Shown: positions 24,401 through 37,056 of the stretch, in pieces | How the letters are laid out: each line of letters begins with the position of its first letter | Position numbering within the stretch: position 1 is the stretch's first letter | Assembly: GCF_037042905.1 (NCBI RefSeq) | Contig: NW_026974141.1 | Span: 992,001 to 1,056,000, forward strand | Direction of reading: 5' to 3' | From: Lytechinus pictus | Taxonomy: Eukaryota | DNA: 64,000 nt | Notes under the pieces: model-generated | What the model was told of the DNA's origin: nothing | Databases searched by the model: none | What the model saw: only the letters and a program-made list of their open reading frames with translations | Made by a program: the position numbers and the translations under genes

Positions 24401-27400
24401 CTCTGTTTCCAGCCCTTCCACTGCAGTCATCCCTGCAATCTTCAGCTCCTCCTCCTCCTCCTTAGCCATCAGCTCTATCTTTCCTGTCTCAACCTCCTCA
24501 TCTTCCATTAGCTCCAGCTCCTCCATCGGCTCTGTTCCCAGCCCTTCCACTGCGGTCATCCCTGCAATCTTCAGCTCCTCCTTCTCATCCTTAGCCATCA
24601 GCTCTACCTTACCTGTTTCCACCTTCTCCCCTTCCATTAGCTCTAGCTCCTCCGCCAGCTCTGTTTCCAGCCCTTCCACTGCAGTCATCTCTGCCATCTT
24701 CAGCTCCTCCTCCTCCATAGCCATCAGCTCTACCTTCCCTGTCTCCACCTTCTCCCCTTCCATTAGCTCCAGCTCCTCCACCAGCTCTGTTTCCAGCCCT
24801 TTCACTGCAGTCATCCCTGCAATCTTCAGCTCCTCCTCCTCCTCCTTAGCCATCAGCTCTATCTTTCCTGTCTCAACCTCCTCCCCTTCCATTAGCTCCA
24901 GCTCCTCCACCGGCTCTGTTCCCAGCCCTTCTACTGCAGTCATCTCTGCCATCTTCAGCTCCTCCTCCTCCATAGCCATCAGCTCTACCTTCCCTGTCTC
25001 CACCTTATCCCCTTCCATTAGCTCCAGCTCCTCCGCCAGCTCTGTTTCCAGCCCTTCCACTGCAGTCATCCCTGCAATCTTCAGCTGCTCCTCCTCCTCC
25101 TTAGCCATCAGCTCTATCTTTCCTGTCTGAGCCATCTCCTCCCCTTCCATTAGCTCCAGCTCCTCCACCGAATCTGCTCCCAGCCCTTCTACTGCAGTCA
25201 TCTCTGCCATCTTCAGCTCCTCCTCCTCCATAGCCATCAGCTCTACCTTCCCTGTCTCCACCTTCTCCCCTTCCATTAGCTCCAGCTCCTCCACCAGCTC
25301 TGTTTCCAGCCCTTCCACTGCAGTCATCCCTGCAATCTTCAGCTCCTCCTTCTCCTCCTTAGCCATCAGCTCTACATTCCCTGTCTCCACCTCCTCATCT
25401 TCCATTAGCTCTAGCTCCTCCACCAGCTCTGTTTCCAGCCCTTCCACTGCAGTCATCCCTGCAATCTTCAGCTCCTCCTTCTCCTCCTTAGCCATCAGCT
25501 CTACCTTTCCTGTCTCAACCTCTTCATCTTTCATTAGCTCCAGCTCCTCCATCGGCTCTGTTCCCTGCCCTTCAACTGCAGTCATCCCTGCAATCTTCAG
25601 CTCCTCCTCCGCCTCCTTAGCTGTCAGCTCTGCCTTTCCTGTCTGAGCAATCTCCTCCCCTTCCATTAGCTCCAGCTCCTCCACCGGCTCAGCTCCCAAC
25701 CCTTCTACTGCAGTCATCTCTGCCATCTTCAGCTCCTCCTCCTCCATAGCCATCAGCCCTACATTCCCTGTCTCCACCTTCTCCCCTTCCATTAGCTCCA
25801 GCTCCTCCACCAGCTCTATTTTTCCAGCCCTTCCACTGCAGTCATCCCTGCAATCTTCAGCTCCTCCTCCTTAGCCATCAGCTCTATCCTTCCTGTCTCA
25901 ACCTCCTCATCTTCCATTAGCTCCAGCTCCTCCATCGGCTCTGTTCCCTGCCCTTCCACTGCAGTCATCCCTGCAATCTTCAGCTCCTCCTTCTCATCCT
26001 TAGCCATCAGCTCTACCTTCCCTGTCTCAACCTCTTCATCTTTCATTAGCTCCAGCTCCTCCACCGGCTCTGTTCCATGCCCTTCCACTGCAGTCATCCC
26101 TGCAATCTTCAGCTCATCCTCCGCCTCCTTAGCTGTCAGCTCTGCCTTTCCTGTCTGAGCCATCTCCTCCCCTTCCATTAGCTCCAGCTCCTCCACCGGC
26201 TCTGTTCCCAGCCCTTCTACTGCAGTCATCTCTGCCATCTTCAGCTCCTCCTCCTCCATAGCCATCAGCTCTACCTTCCCTGTCTCCACCTTATCCCCTT
26301 CCATTAGCTCCAGCTCCTCCACCAGCTCTGTTTCCAGCCCTTCCACTGCAGTCATCCCTGCAATCTTCAGCTCCTCCTCCTCCTCTTTAGCCATCAGCTC
26401 TATCTTTCCTGTCTCCACCTTCTCCCCTTCCATTAGCTCTAGCTCCTCCGCCAGCTCTGTTTCCAGCCCTTCCACTGCAGTCATCCCTGCAATCTTCAGC
26501 TCCTCCTCCTCCTCCTTAGCCATCAGCTCTATCTTTCCTGTCTCAACCTCCTCATCTTCCATTAGCTCCAGCTCCTCCATCGGCTCTGTTCCCAGCCCTT
26601 CCACTGCGGTCATCCCTGCAATCTTCAGCTCCTCCTTCTCATCCTTAGCCATCAGCTCTACCTTACCTGTTTCCACCTTCTCCCCTTCCATTAGCTCTAG
26701 CTCCTCCGCCAGCTCTGTTTCCAGCCCTTCCACTGCAGTCATCTCTGCCATCTTCAGCTCCTCCTCCTCCATAGCCATCAGCTCTACCTTCCCTGTCTCC
26801 ACCTTCTCCCCTTCCATTAGCTCCAGCTCCTCCACCAGCTCTGTTTCCAGCCCTTTCACTGCAGTCATCCCTGCAATCTTCAGCTCCTCCTTCTCATCCT
26901 TAGCCATCAGCTCTACCTTACCTGTTTCCACCTTCTCCCCTTCCATTAGCTCTAGCTCCTCCGCCAGCTCTGTTTCCAGCCCTTCCACTGCAGTCATCTC
27001 TGCCATCTTCAGCTCCTCCTCCTCCATAGCCATCAGCTCTACCTTCCCTGTCTCCACCTTCTCCCCTTCCATTAGCTCCAGCTCCTCCACCGGCTCTGTT
27101 CCCAGCCCTTCTACTGCAGTCATCTCTGCCATCTTCAGCTCCTCCTCCTCCATAGCCATCAGCTCTACCTTCCCTGTCTCCACCTTATCCCCTTCCATTA
27201 GCTCCAGCTCCTCCGCCAGCTCTGTTTCCAGCCCTTCCACTGCAGTCATCCCTGCAATCTTCAGCTGCTCCTCCTCCTCCTTAGCCATCAGCTCTATCTT
27301 TCCTGTCTCAACCTCCTCATCTTCCATTAGCTCCAGCTCCTCCACCAGCTCTGTTCCCTGCCCTTCCACTGCAGTCATCCCTGCAATCTTCAGCTCCTCC

Positions 27401-30400
27401 TCCGCCTCCTTAGCTGTCAGCTCTGCCTTTCCTGTCTGAGCCATCTCCTCCCCTTCCATTAGCTCCAGCTCCTCCACCGGATCTGCTCCCAGCCCTTCTA
27501 CTGCAGTCATCTCTGCCATCTTCAGCTCCTCCTCCTCCATAGCCATCAGCTCTACCTTCCCTGTCTCCACCTTCTCCCCTTCCATTAGCTCCAGCTCCTC
27601 CACCAGCTCTGTTTCCAGCCCTTTCACTGCAGTCATCCCTGCAATCTTCAGCTCCTCCTCCTCCTCCTTAGCCATCAGCTCTATCTTTCCTGTCTCAACC
27701 TCCTCATCTTCCATTAGGTCCAGCTCCTCCATCGGCTCTGTTCCCTGCCCTTCCACTGCAGTCATCCCTGTAATCTTCAGCTCCTCCTTCTCATCCTTAG
27801 CCATCAGCTCTACCTTACCTGTTTCCACCTTCTCCCCTTCCATTAGCTCTAGCTCCTCCGCCAGCTCTGTTTCCAGCCCTTCCACTGCAGTCATCCCTGC
27901 AATCTTCAGCTCCTCCTCCTTAGCCATCAGCTCTATCTTTCCTGTCTCAACCTCCTCATCTTCCATTAGCTCCAGCTCCTCCACCGGCTCTGTTCCCTGC
28001 CCTTCCACTGCAGTCATCCCTGCAATCTTCAGCTCCTCCTCCGCCTCCTTAGCTGTCAGCTCTGCCTTTCCTGTCTGAGCCATCTCCTCCCCTTCCATTA
28101 GCTCCAGCTCCTCCACCAGCTCTGTTTCCAGCCCTTTCACTGCAGTCATCCCTGCAATCTTCAGCTCCTCCTCCTCCTTAGCCATCAGCTCTATCTTTCC
28201 TGTCTCAACCTCCTCATCTTCCATTAGGTCCAGCTCCTCCATCGGCTCTGTTCCCTGCCCTTCCACTGCAGTCATCCCTGCAATCTTCAGCTCCTCCTTC
28301 TCATCCTTAGCCATCAGCTCTACCTTACCTGTTTCCACCTTCTCCCCTTCCATTAGCTCTAGCTCCTCCGCCAGCTCTGTTTCCAGCCCTTCCACTGCAG
28401 TCATCCCTGCAATCTTCAGCTCCTCCTTCTCATCCTTAGCCATCAGCTCTACCTTACCTGTTTCCACCTTCTCCCCTTCCATTAGCTCCAGCTCCTCCAC
28501 CGGCTCTGTTCCCTGCCCTTCCACTGCAGTCATCCCTGCAATCTTCAGCTCCTCCTCCGCCTCCTTAGCTGTCAGCTCTGCCTTTCCTGTCTGAGCCATC
28601 TCCTCCCCTTCCATTAGCTCCAGCTCCTCCACCGGCTCTGCTCCCAGCCCTTCTACTGCAGTCATCTCTGCCATCTTCAGCTCCTCCTCCTCCATAGCCA
28701 TCAGCTCTACCTTCCATGTCTCCACCTTCTCCCCTTCCATTAGCTTCAGCTCCTCCACCAGCTCTGTTTCCAGCCCTTTCACTGCAGTCATCCCTGCAAT
28801 CTTCAGCTCCTCCTTCTCATCCTTAGCCATCAGCTCTACCTTACCTGTTTCCACCTTCTCCCCTTCCATTAGCTCTAGCTCCTCCGCCAGCTCTGTTTCC
28901 AGCCCTTCCACTGCAGTCATCCCTGCAATCTTCAGCTCCTCCTCCTCCTCCTTAGCCATCAGCTCTATCTTTCCTGTCTCAACCTCCTCATCTTCCATTA
29001 GGTCCAGCTCCTCCATCGGCTCTGTTCCCTGCCCTTCCACTGCAGTCATCCCTGCAATCTTCAGCTCCTCCTTCTCCTCCTTAGCCATCAGCTCTACCTT
29101 ACCTGTTTCCACCTTCTCCCCTTCCACTAGCTCTAGCTCCTCCGCCAGCTCTGTTTCCAGCCCTTCCACTGCAGTCATCCCTGCAATCTTCAGCTCCTCC
29201 TCCTCCTCCTTAGCTGTCAGCTCTGTCTTTCCTGTCTGAGCCATCTCCTCCCCTTCCATTAACTCCAGCTCCTCCACCGAATCTGCTCCCAGCCCTTCTA
29301 CTGCAGTCATCTCTGCCATCTTCAGCTCCTCCTCCTCCATAGCCATCAGCTCTACCTTCCCTGTCTCCACCTTCTCCCCTTCCATTAGCTCCAGCTCCTC
29401 CACCAGCTCTGTTTCCAGCCCTTCCACTGCAGTCATCCCTGCAATCTTCAGCTCCTCATCCTTAGCCATCAGCTCTATCTTTCCTGTCTTAGCAACCTCC
29501 TCATCTTCCATTAGCTCCAGCTCCTCCATCGGCTCTGTTCCCTGCCCTTCCACTGCAGCCATCTCTGTAATATTCAGCTCCTCCTCCGCCTCCTTAGCCG
29601 TCAGCTCTGCCTTTCCTGTCTCCACCTCCTCATCTTTCATTAGCTCCAGCTCCTCCACCGGCTCTGTTCCATGCCCTTCCACTGCAGTCATTCCTGCAAT
29701 CTTCAGCTCTTCCTCCTCCTCCTTAGCCATCAACTCTATCTTTCCTGTCTCAACCTCCTCATCTTCCATTAGGTCCAGCTCCTCCATCGGCTCTGTTACC
29801 TGCCCTTCCACTGCAGTCATCCCTGCAATCTTCAGCTCCTCCTCCGCCTCCTTAGCTGTCAGCTCTGCCTTTCCTGTCTGAGCCATCTCATCCCCTTCCA
29901 TTAGCTCCAGCTCCTCCACCGGCTCTGTTCCCAGCCCTTCTACTGCAGTCATCTCTGCCATATTCAGCTCCTCCTCCTCCATAGCCATCAGCCCTACCTT
30001 CCCTGTCTCCACCTTCTCCCCTTCCATTAGCTCCAGCTCCTCCACCAGCTCTGTTTCCAGCCCTTCCACTGCAGTCATCCCTGCAATATTCAGCTCCTCC
30101 TCCTCCTCCTTAGCCATCAGCTCTATCTTTCCTGTCTCCACCTTCTCCCCTTCCATTAGCTCCAGCTCCTCCATCGGCTCTGTTCCCTGCCCTTCCACTG
30201 CAGTCATCCCTGCAATCTTCAGCTCCTCCTTCTCATCCTTAGCCATCAGCTCTACCTTACCTGTTTCCACCTTCTCCCCTTCCATTAGCTCTAGCTCCTC
30301 CGCCAGCTCTGTTTCCAGCCCTTCCACTGCAGTCATCCCTGCAATCTTCAGCTCCTCCTCCTCCTCCTTAGCCATCAGCTCTATCTTTCCTGTCTCAACC

Positions 30401-32830
30401 TCCTCATCTTCCATTAGCTCCAGCTCCTCCACCGGCTCTGTTCCCTGCCCTTCCACTGCAGTCATCCCTGCAATCTTCAGCTCCTCCTCCGCCTCCTTAG
30501 CTGTCAGCTCTGCCTTTCCTGTCTGAGCCATCTCCTCCCCTTCCATTAGCTCCAGCTCCTCCACCAGCTCTGTTTCCAGCCCTTTCACTGCAGTCATCCC
30601 TGCAATCTTCAGCTCCTCCTCCTCCTCCTTAGCCATCAGCTCTATCTTTCCTGTCTCAACCTCCTCATCTTCCATTAGCTCCAGCTCCTCCATCGGCTCT
30701 GTTCCCTGCCCTTCCACTGCAGTCATCCCTGCAATCTTCAGCTCCTCCTTCTCATCCTTAGCCATCAGCTCTACCTTACCTGTTTCCACCTTCTCCCCTT
30801 CCATTAGCTCTAGCTCCTCCGCCAGCTCTGTTTCCAGCCCTTCCACTGCAGTCATCCCTGCAATCTTCAGCTCCTCCTCCTCCTCCTTAGCCATCAGCTC
30901 TATCTTTCCTGTCTCAACCTCCTCATCTTCCATTAGCTCCAGCTCCTCCACCGGCTCTGTTCCCTGCCCTTCCACTGCAGTCATCCCTGCAATCTTCAGC
31001 TCCTCCTCCTCCTCCTTAGCCATCAGCTCTATCTTTCCTGTCTCAACCTCCTCATCTTCCATTAGCTCCAGCTCCTCCATCGGCTCTGTTCCCAGCCCTT
31101 CCACTGCGGTCATCCCTGCAATCTTCAGCTCCTCCTTCTCATCCTTAGCCATCAGCTCTACCTTACCTGTTTCCACCTTCTCCCCTTCCATTAGCTCTAG
31201 CTCCTCCGCCAGCTCTGTTTCCAGCCCTTCCACTGCAGTCATCTCTGCCATCTTCAGCTCCTCCTCCTCCATAGCCATCAGCTCTACCTTCCCTGTCTCC
31301 ACCTTCTCCCCTTCCATTAGCTCCAGCTCCTCCACCAGCTCTGTTTCCAGCCCTTTCACTGCAGTCATCCCTGCAATCTTCAGCTCCTCCTCCTCCTCCT
31401 TAGCCATCAGCTCTATCTTTCCTGTCTCAACCTCCTCATCTTCCATTAGCTCCAGCTCCTCCATCGGCTCTGTTCCCTGCCCTTCCACTGCAGTCATCCC
31501 TGCAATCTTCAGCTCCTCCTCCGCCTCCTTAGCTGTCAGCTCTGCCTTTCCTGTCTGAGCCATCTCCTCCCCTTCCATTAGCTCCAGCTCCTCCACCGGC
31601 GCTGCTCCGAGCCCTTCTACTGCAGTCATCTCTGCCATCTTCAGCTCCTCCTCCTCCATAGCCATCAGCTCTACCTTCCCTGTCTCCACCTTCTCCCCTT
31701 CCATTAGCTCCAGCTCCTCCACCAGCTCTGTTTCCAGCCCTTTCACTGCAGTCATCCCTGCAATCTTCAGCTCCTCCTTCTCATCCTTAGCCATCAGCTC
31801 TACCTTACCTGTTTCCACCTTCTCCCCTTCCATTAGCTCTAGCTCCTCCGCCAGCTCTGTTTCCAGCCCTTCCACTGCAGTCATCCCTGCAATCTTCAGC
31901 TCCTCCTCCTCCTCCTTAGCCATCAGCTCTATCTTTCCTGTCTCAACCTCCTCATCTTCCATTAGCTCCAGCTCCTCCACCGGCTCTGTTCCCAGCCCTT
32001 CCACTGCAGTCATCCCTGCAATATTCAGCTCCTCCTCCTCCTCCTTAGCCATCAGCTCTATCTTTCCTGTCTTAACCTCCTCATCTTCCATTAGCTCCAG
32101 CTCCTCCATCGGCTCTGTTCCCTGCCCTTCCACTGCAGTCATCCCTGCAATCTTCAGCTCCTCCTTCTCATCCTTAGCCATCAGCTCTATCTTTCCTGTC
32201 TTCACCTTCTCCCCTTCCATTAGCTCCAGCTCCACCACCGGCTCTGTTCCCTGCCCTTCCACTGCAGTCATCTCTGTAATCTCCAGCTCCTCCTCCGCCT
32301 CCTTAGCCGTCAGCTCTGTCTTTCCTGTCTCCACCTCCTCATCTTTCATTAGCTCCTCCACCACTGCCTCTGTTTCCAGCCATTCCTCTGTATTAATATC
32401 TGCAGCCTTCAGTTCCTCCTTTAGCTCTTCCTTCATGTCCTTCTCTATCTCCACCTTCGCCTCCTCTGTTTCCATCTCTTCCTTCTCATTTGAGTACTCT
32501 ACTTTCATCACTACCTGCTCTTCTGCCAGCTCCTCCTCCTTCTTCTCCGCTTCCAACTTCTCCACCATCTCCTCCTCTGTATCCACCTTCTGCTCGGCCT
32601 TCATCTCCTGCTGTGTCCCCTCCCCCTTTGTCTCCAGCCCCCGTATTCCCTCTTCCTCCGATTCTTTCCTGCATCTGATTTCTTGTCCATTCGTCACCTC
32701 TTCTCCTTGCTCTATCAGACACTTGACAAAGCCGTTATTCAGATTTGTCGGAATGTCATACAAAATATATACGCATTCCAGGCAAGAACCTTCTCAAGCT
32801 CCTGACGAAATCTCGGCACCACACGATTTG
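21490..32830 (-). CDS. Gene B exon 2: giant Glu/Met-rich tandem-repeat protein, frame-disrupted (possible pseudogene or recoded gene)
   Basis: Track ORFs 32763-25816, 25810-23762, 23756-22863 and 22857-21490 are one repeat reading separated by identical +2 junctions. Unique N- and C-terminal regions. Repeat length variation is otherwise in whole codons. Confidence 0.7.
21880..32390. repeat. Coding minisatellite, roughly 80 units of about 123-129 bp with higher-order duplications
   Basis: Unit TAVEGLETELVEELELMEGEKVETGKVELMAMEEEELKMAEM and variants; a ctgcag in nearly every unit; marker junctions spaced 2054 and 899 bp apart. Confidence 0.95.
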
Positions 32831-33309
32831 CTAATAACAAAAAGACATAAATGATAAAAACAATGTTTGTTATTTCTCATCAAATGTAAAACTTACAACT
32901 ACAAGAACACCGTTACTTTAGGTTATTGTACACATGTACATGGTTTGAAATTTATTGACTTTTTGCTTTATTAAAATATCTTGAATAGGTTTCAATCATT
33001 AATATAAAAAATAATGGAACGTAATAAAAATAATTTTAAGTATTATAGTAACTTAATATAAAATAATTAATGAAGTAAGTCAACCCTGATGTAGACTCTG
33101 TTGAATAATTGATTTCTGAAATGAAAAAAAAAGAAACGCAAAGGGGAAAATTAATCTAGGTTAGATTACTCTGCCTTTGATACAGAGTTGATAATGTAAT
33201 TAAAGGGTTGATGAAAAAGTGAAAGGATATAAGAATGTTTTGGAGAATAATACTCAATATAAAATCATAAATCGGTGGGCGTGGAAGAGAAATATTTTAT
33301 ATGACTTAC

Positions 33310-33322
33310 GTTCGTCACTCAT
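33310..33322 (-). CDS. Gene B putative exon 1 (MSDE + 1 nt)
   Basis: cacaATGAGTGACGAAC|gtaagt on the - strand: good start context and consensus donor. Matching acceptor tctttttgttattag at 32831. Confidence 0.55.
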
Positions 33323-33395
33323 TGTGAAAGTTTGATTCAAGACCAAAATACTCTGAAATTATGAAAGAATACCCCGATCTCGCTATCAATAGCTC

Positions 33396-33560
33396 GGGGG
33401 GGGGGGGCGTTTCATGAAAGGACTTGTCGGACGTTTTATCCAACAAGTCCTTTTTTATCCGACAGTTACTATAGTAACAGTGCTTCTCAACCAATCAGAA
33501 TCCAGGAAAGTTGTCAGATTTGACAACTTGTCGGACGAAAATATTGATGAAACGCCCCCC
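33396..33560. mobile_element. MITE, Harbinger-like G-rich ends
   Basis: ggggggcgtttcat ... atgaaacgcccccc TIRs. Confidence 0.65.
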
Positions 33561-34364
33561 AGGTATGCGATCAAAAAATTAGAGTGAATAATGATGAAAT
33601 TGTAAAGTAAACTTTGTTACCATGCGCAGATCATGATGCGTGTGCGTCAATGAAGCAGTTACGTCACAATGTCTTGAGTGTCAAATCAAGATGTATGCGC
33701 GAATGCGTTTCATTATTTTTTTTTATTACGTTGGTGATTTATAATAAAAACCTAAATATGGAAACTGTATGCGCGATTGCGATGAGGTAAAACATAATAA
33801 TTCATCGATTTTGTCGATATTTCTTTAACGATGATATCAAATAAATGTTGTGTTGAGTTGAATGTATTTCAGGATGTAAGAGTTGAGAAAATGCAACTTT
33901 TCATATATATTTCGACCTCGAACTGGGCATTCTAATTGTTTTTTCTCACCATGGCATAGTGTAATTTATCTACACAATTGATGTGAGTGCAATGAGCGAG
34001 CTTAAAACTTTTAAAATTTTCCGACATGAAAACTGAACAGTTTGAGCACAAGTTTTCAATAAAAGAACAATATTTTTTATGTATCTGATATAAACAATTA
34101 AATGCGAGTCCGCAGCGCGAGCTGAATTTCTATAAATAAATGATTTACTGTCCCGGAAGGGAACCTGTTAATAGATGTTTAACATTAAAAAATTTTGCTA
34201 ATTCTTCTTATTTACGTCTACTCGATAACTATTCTCATTTTCGTCTTCCCTCCCCCTTTTGTTTATTTCTTTTGATTTTTTTTTGCTTTGCAAATAGGGG
34301 TTGAAGCCGTTCCGGCCAGGTAGATCCGCCTATATCTTCACATTATCTTTAATTTTAATTTTGT

Positions 34365-34525
34365 CAGGGGCCGCGGAAGCGGGGGGGGGGGGGGGGGGGC
34401 TTGGGGGCTTCAGTCCCCCACTTTTTTCCAAAACCGTGTACAAAAAAGTAAAAATGACCATATTATTGTGATTTTTGCATGGTCAGCCCCCCCCCCTCAT
34501 TTTGAAAATCGTTCCGCGGCCCCTG
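34365..34525. mobile_element. Short hAT-like MITE
   Basis: caggggccgcggaa ... ttccgcggcccctg TIRs; no clear TSD. Confidence 0.55.
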
Positions 34526-36336
34526 GCAGCCGTGTATCGATTAATATTACTTTGTTTTACATAGATACGTATAAATACAAAAAAAAACCTGTGCAAGTAG
34601 GCTTACATAATATAACAATATCTTAAATCAAATAAGTGCTAATAATGGAATACTTACACTCAAACTTAAATTCATTCAATGTAGGAGCACCACTTATTTT
34701 TAAAGGTATATCATTCCAGGATCTGGACCAGTATATCTTATTGACCTATATAATGGGCTAAGGTAGTTAGCGGGTTTGATAAATGTACTAATTTGTTGAG
34801 ATTCTCGTAGGATATTATGAATAAATGAATTCAAAAGGAACATTTTATGATCAAATATTATTGGGAATTGGCGATAGTGAAACCTAAACATAAACAAACA
34901 ATTTGAAATATATGTATATCATCAATTTTTAAACTTTGAAACGGTTAAAGATTGTATTCAATATGAGTCCTAACAATTCCTCTTTATGACAGTTTATCCA
35001 AAATTAAAGATAAGAATAAAGCTAAGAAGTCTGACTGTTCGGACAACCCCTTAAAAAAACAGCTTGGAGCAGCCGATTGGGGAAAATGTGCATGATTGAC
35101 CCCCCGGCCCCCTTATTGGCGAAAGCTCGATCCACATCTGTAAAATAAAATGTGTATATTAAAATGTATAGACATATGAATTTAATGTGAATAAAAGTGT
35201 GCCCCCCATTCCCAAAAGCTGACTACGATGGCTGCGGATGAGGTTTTGCCCCGCCCTAGTAAAAAAGGGTGTTTGAGGTCCAAACAATCAACCCCCCCCC
35301 CGCAGAGCGATTTTTGTGTGTATAGGTTTATAAGTGGTAAACATCAAGAATGGATCTGTTAGGACATTTTGAACTCGAAAAGCATTAACCAGCCCCTATA
35401 GCGATATTTGATTTGATAACTTCTATCGTTATCGTAGATTGTTGAATGCATTTATATTTTCTTTGTTCGATGTTCAGTAGTTTATTTTGTTAAGTTGTAA
35501 TTATTGTAGACATGCTAAGTTTGGTCCTGGACCTTTGTAACATGTACGTACATGTGTCTATGTTTAAACCGGATGAATAAAATGAATTATTTGCAGGACT
35601 AGCGCAATGAGAGATAATTATGAACATGATGAGCTAGCTTCGCTTCGCACTTGCATTATTCGATGTATCCTTTTCATGAGTCACTAAATGCAGTCCTAAC
35701 ATGTTCCTTTTCTGGTCAGTATTTATTTCAGCTCGCACTCCGCGCTCGTGTTCTTCAGTTAGATGCAGATCTTTTTAATGATTGCAAAATTAACTGCTCA
35801 GAATGTTTTATTTTCATTTCTTATTGAAATTTCTAAAAGTCTGAGCTTGCTATCCACGCTCGCAACACCTCCCAAGGATGCCCTTTTAACAGTAATTGAC
35901 CAAAAAACGAGATTTACAACTTCGAACAGCTTTGATTTTTTTTTCCAATTATATAACCGCTCGCTCGTTACACTCCCTCGCGAAACATATATGAAACTCG
36001 AATACCTATCTTACCATAATCAGAAATCACTTAAAAATGCTTTGCTCTATTTAATTACTATGAAACTCACAATGACTTCACGCAGATGATAATCTCGTGG
36101 TGAAAGTATCACCAAAATGCCAATTTTTATATGCCATTTTTGGATTTGCCTTCCAGATATGATCCAAACAAAAATTCGGGTAAGATTCGATCATTGCGCA
36201 AGACACTTGCGTACGTACGTACCGGAGCGGTACGTACGTACACGTTGGATCATGCATATGCTGCGCTGCGTGCTCTTTAATCTTGCATCACATCATCAAT
36301 ATATTTCACATCCATCGCACACTGCTGAACAAAAAA

Positions 36337-36495
36337 ATGGCGAAGAGCATTGCGATCATCGACTTTGATTGCTTTCGTTTAGATACAGAAGTAACTGACC
36401 AGAAGAAATTCGAAAAGCTTGTTGATGAAGTCCATGATGCGTTGACAAAGGTGGGGTTTATGTACCTCATAAACCATGGAATTCCAACAGAAAAG
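36337..36495 (+). CDS. Gene C exon 1: 2-oxoglutarate/Fe(II)-dependent dioxygenase, DIOX_N / IPNS-like
   Basis: MAKSIAIIDF...VHDALTKVGFMYLINHGIPTEK matches the IPxID...GFxYLxNHGI signature; donor AAG|gtgagt, phase 0. Confidence 0.9.
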
Positions 36496-37056
36496 GTGAG
36501 TAGAATCGGGGGTGTACCGTGTAATTCTTTATCATGGGGTCGTGCTGCGGAAATTGAGAAGCGATACCACGGGTACGGTACCGGTACCCGGGTGTACGGG
36601 TGGGAGAGACGTGAGAGAGGCCCGCAAAATGCTCTTGCCTTGGGTCAAGATCTAGGCCTATACTTAGTTTTAGCCTGGAGGCTCCTGGAGAGTAAAAATC
36701 AGCCTACTATAGGATGGGGGGTCGGGTGTACGCGATGTGCGTGCTGTCGCCAAGCGGAAGACAAAGAAATCAAGATTGAAGATGGCGACGTAAAACACGG
36801 CCGTAACTTGGCGTAACTCGTAAGCTCTTCCCATCTTTTCAAATTTCATAACATTTTTCTCATTTTTTTAATGAATTCTTCTTTAAAAACTAAATCGATA
36901 TCGCAGAAATGTTGGAAATGAAGTTGAACCCCATGTACATGATTTAGGGCTAGATATTTCAGAGCCAGAGCTGAGGGAAAGTAGAATTAGTAGTAGAAAT
37001 CTCGGGGGCGAAAGTTTCAGGTTTTGTGGCCGTACGTGCATGACTTGCCTTAGTCT

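Noticed and set aside
36496-36816. C-terminal extension of the 36283-36816 ORF
   Set aside because: Similarity to dioxygenases stops at the consensus donor at 36495; the rest is intron read-through.
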